Both the position numbers and the translations under genes were made by a program. Below are positions 62,350 through 64,000 of a DNA stretch of 64,000 nucleotides, piece by piece. The first letter of the stretch is position 1. Every line of letters begins with the position of its first letter. The notes below the pieces were generated by a model. That model saw only the letters and a program-made list of their open reading frames with translations. It ran no database searches and was not told the origin of the DNA. Source of the stretch: Bacilli bacterium (lineage in GTDB: Bacteria > Bacillota_I > Bacilli_A > RFN20 > UBA1709); the NCBI GenBank assembly GCA_050949315.1, contig JBMNFL010000001.1:800001-864000 (forward strand), in the 5' to 3' direction.

Positions 62350-62473
62350 TGAACCTGTTGACCTCATCGCGCTTCATTCGCATGATACGGTAGATGCCGA
62401 AATCAAGGTCAGACTGGTCAAACTGAAACATCTCGCGGAGGATGCTCATTAATTTTTTCTGGTTATCAGTCAT
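62350..62473 (-). pseudogene. 5' fragment of a type III R-M methyltransferase (Mod)
   Basis: LREMFQFDQSDLDFGIYRIMRMKRDEV is a typical Mod N-terminus; reads out of frame into the REC fragment. Confidence 0.7.
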
Positions 62474-62715
62474 TTTGTGGTACCTTCTTTCCCGCTGCCC
62501 GTGGCAGCGGCATCATCGGGAATTGTTTCCATGATGTCTGTTATATCGCACTGAAGAACATCGCATATCTTTAACAGAACAGCGGTTGTAACATTCTCGT
62601 CTTTTCCGAGCTTCGCAAGTGAGGACGAGCTGATACCCGCTGCTTGTCGTAGCTCAGTTTTCTTCATGTTTCTGTCAATTAACAACTTCCACAGCTTCTT
62701 ATAACTCATCTTCAT
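62470..62715 (-). CDS. Cro/C1-type HTH regulator
   Basis: SYKKLWKLLIDR..LAKLGKDENV..LKICDVLQCDITDIME. Confidence 0.88.
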   Translation of the reverse strand: MKMSYKKLWKLLIDRNMKKTELRQAAGISSSSLAKLGKDENVTTAVLLKICDVLQCDITDIMETIPDDAAATGSGKEGTTK

Positions 62716-64000
62716 TGTCTGTCACCTCTTTATTCCATGATTCGCCGTACAGTTCGCAATTACCATCCGACAATTTCAAAACAGTATTACCCGTCAGAAT
62801 GCGCTGCGTGTCTGGTTTATACGCAGCCTGTTTATCAAAGGCGATAAACACCTGTTTTGTACTTTGAACGTATATTTTCATAATGCCGTCGACAGCACCA
62901 TCGCCGATGTTTTTCAAAATTAACGAATCGTGCGCTATGGCCGGTAGTGCAGTCAGGTTGAGTATTGCCAAGTCATAGATGACCATGCCTTTGTAATTCG
63001 AGCCTGTGCCGGTATCATCCGGCGTTTCAAACCTGTAACTGTTGTACTCGTTGAATGTGAGGCGCGGCGCTTTCCGCACGTCTGCAAAGAGCGAATCGTT
63101 ATATTCCTTCATTCTATCATTGATAGCACGTTCAATCTCATCAAGGATGCTTTCTATCGCGTGTTTCAACATTTCGTCAGCTTTTTTCTTTGCATCCTGC
63201 AGCTCGGTCAATGTAAGGTACGCTTCATTCTGTGCTTTCAGCGCATCAATATGACCTTTAATTTCCGAATGCATATCCAAAAATTCTTTGGACAGGTTGC
63301 CGACAAAACCGAGCTGGTTGATTTCTGTCTGCACTGACTGGATTTGTTCCAGCAAAGCAGCAATCTCCAACTCGACCGATTGGCGCTCGCTTTTGAACTG
63401 TTCATCGAGTATGGTCGCCAGCTTCTGATGGTATTTTTCTACTTCATACAGCTTCCGAATGTTCACATCAGGGAAAAACTCCTGTAAAGCAGATAAATCT
63501 GCTTCTGTCGGATATAGACCATACGCGAGGCTAATATCCAGGAGGCTTACTCGGCGGCGTTTTGCCTGCAAATCGGTTTCGAGACGCAGCTTACTGCCCT
63601 GAAGCTGTGATTTTAAACGACTCTTTTCAATGTCTGCTTCGTTATGGCCTTCCACCTGTTCATCAGTCAGATTATCAAGCTGAACCTGCAGGCTGTGTAT
63701 TTGCGCCAGATTTTCGTCATATTTTGTTTTGCCTCCAACGAGGTCAGGGACAAAGCGATACTTTCGGGCTTCTCGGAAAATCGACAGCCGCTTTTTCTGC
63801 TCCTCAAGATTGCCGTTGAAGGCTTCAATGTCCTTATATCTGTCAAACAGGCGGACAAGAATTTCGATGGATTTTTGCATTCCTTCTCCGGGCAAGCCCT
63901 TGAGAGGTTTGCGCTCATCGGTATTTTCTTTTCCGTATATCCTGAAGAAGCTGCTCATTGTCTCGCGGAAGGATAGCCCTGCGAAATCAATATGGTATTT
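62699..64000 (-). CDS. DUF2326-type coiled-coil ABC/SMC-like protein (5' part outside window)
   Basis: Coiled coil, DTGTGSNYKGMVIYDLAIL, IAHDS, KQVFIAFDK; frame open to the window edge. Confidence 0.75.
   Translation of the reverse strand, partial: KYHIDFAGLSFRETMSSFFRIYGKENTDERKPLKGLPGEGMQKSIEILVRLFDRYKDIEAFNGNLEEQKKRLSIFREARKYRFVPDLVGGKTKYDENLAQIHSLQVQLDNLTDEQVEGHNEADIEKSRLKSQLQGSKLRLETDLQAKRRRVSLLDISLAYGLYPTEADLSALQEFFPDVNIRKLYEVEKYHQKLATILDEQFKSERQSVELEIAALLEQIQSVQTEINQLGFVGNLSKEFLDMHSEIKGHIDALKAQNEAYLTLTELQDAKKKADEMLKHAIESILDEIERAINDRMKEYNDSLFADVRKAPRLTFNEYNSYRFETPDDTGTGSNYKGMVIYDLAILNLTALPAIAHDSLILKNIGDGAVDGIMKIYVQSTKQVFIAFDKQAAYKPDTQRILTGNTVLKLSDGNCELYGESWNKEVTDNEDEL

Overview
Positions 1 to about 54000 are AT-rich chromosome from an anaerobic Bacillota, probably a reduced-genome Bacilli lineage (inference; standard code, TGA used as stop). 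This part holds hppA, galU, PFOR, a metG-mnmG-rsmG-parA-parB block, an Ami/Opp peptide transporter, a glycerol-phosphate/alkyl-DHAP-synthase-like operon, a pyrimidine salvage/pyrG run, two tRNA-Pro genes and a c-di-GMP-I riboswitch in front of a SipW-type (TasA-like) fibre gene pair. From about 54030 the DNA looks foreign and fragmented. It has an intact IS256-family element with an 8-bp target duplication, stacked rumA/rlmD-like attachment-site remnants, a truncated ODP-like gene, a 1500-aa REC-PAS3-GGDEF*-EAL-HAMP-PAS-GGDEF-HD-GYP chimera, and a DUF2326/HTH/type III Mod remnant joined to a REC-Hpt fragment. The best leads are two orphan structured RNAs flanking a small ORF (1050-1715), a circularly permuted AmiA/OppA, the riboswitch-controlled fibre locus with a possibly swapped subunit body, a TudS-IspD fusion and the att-site cluster. 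All family assignments come from motif recognition by eye; no searches were run.
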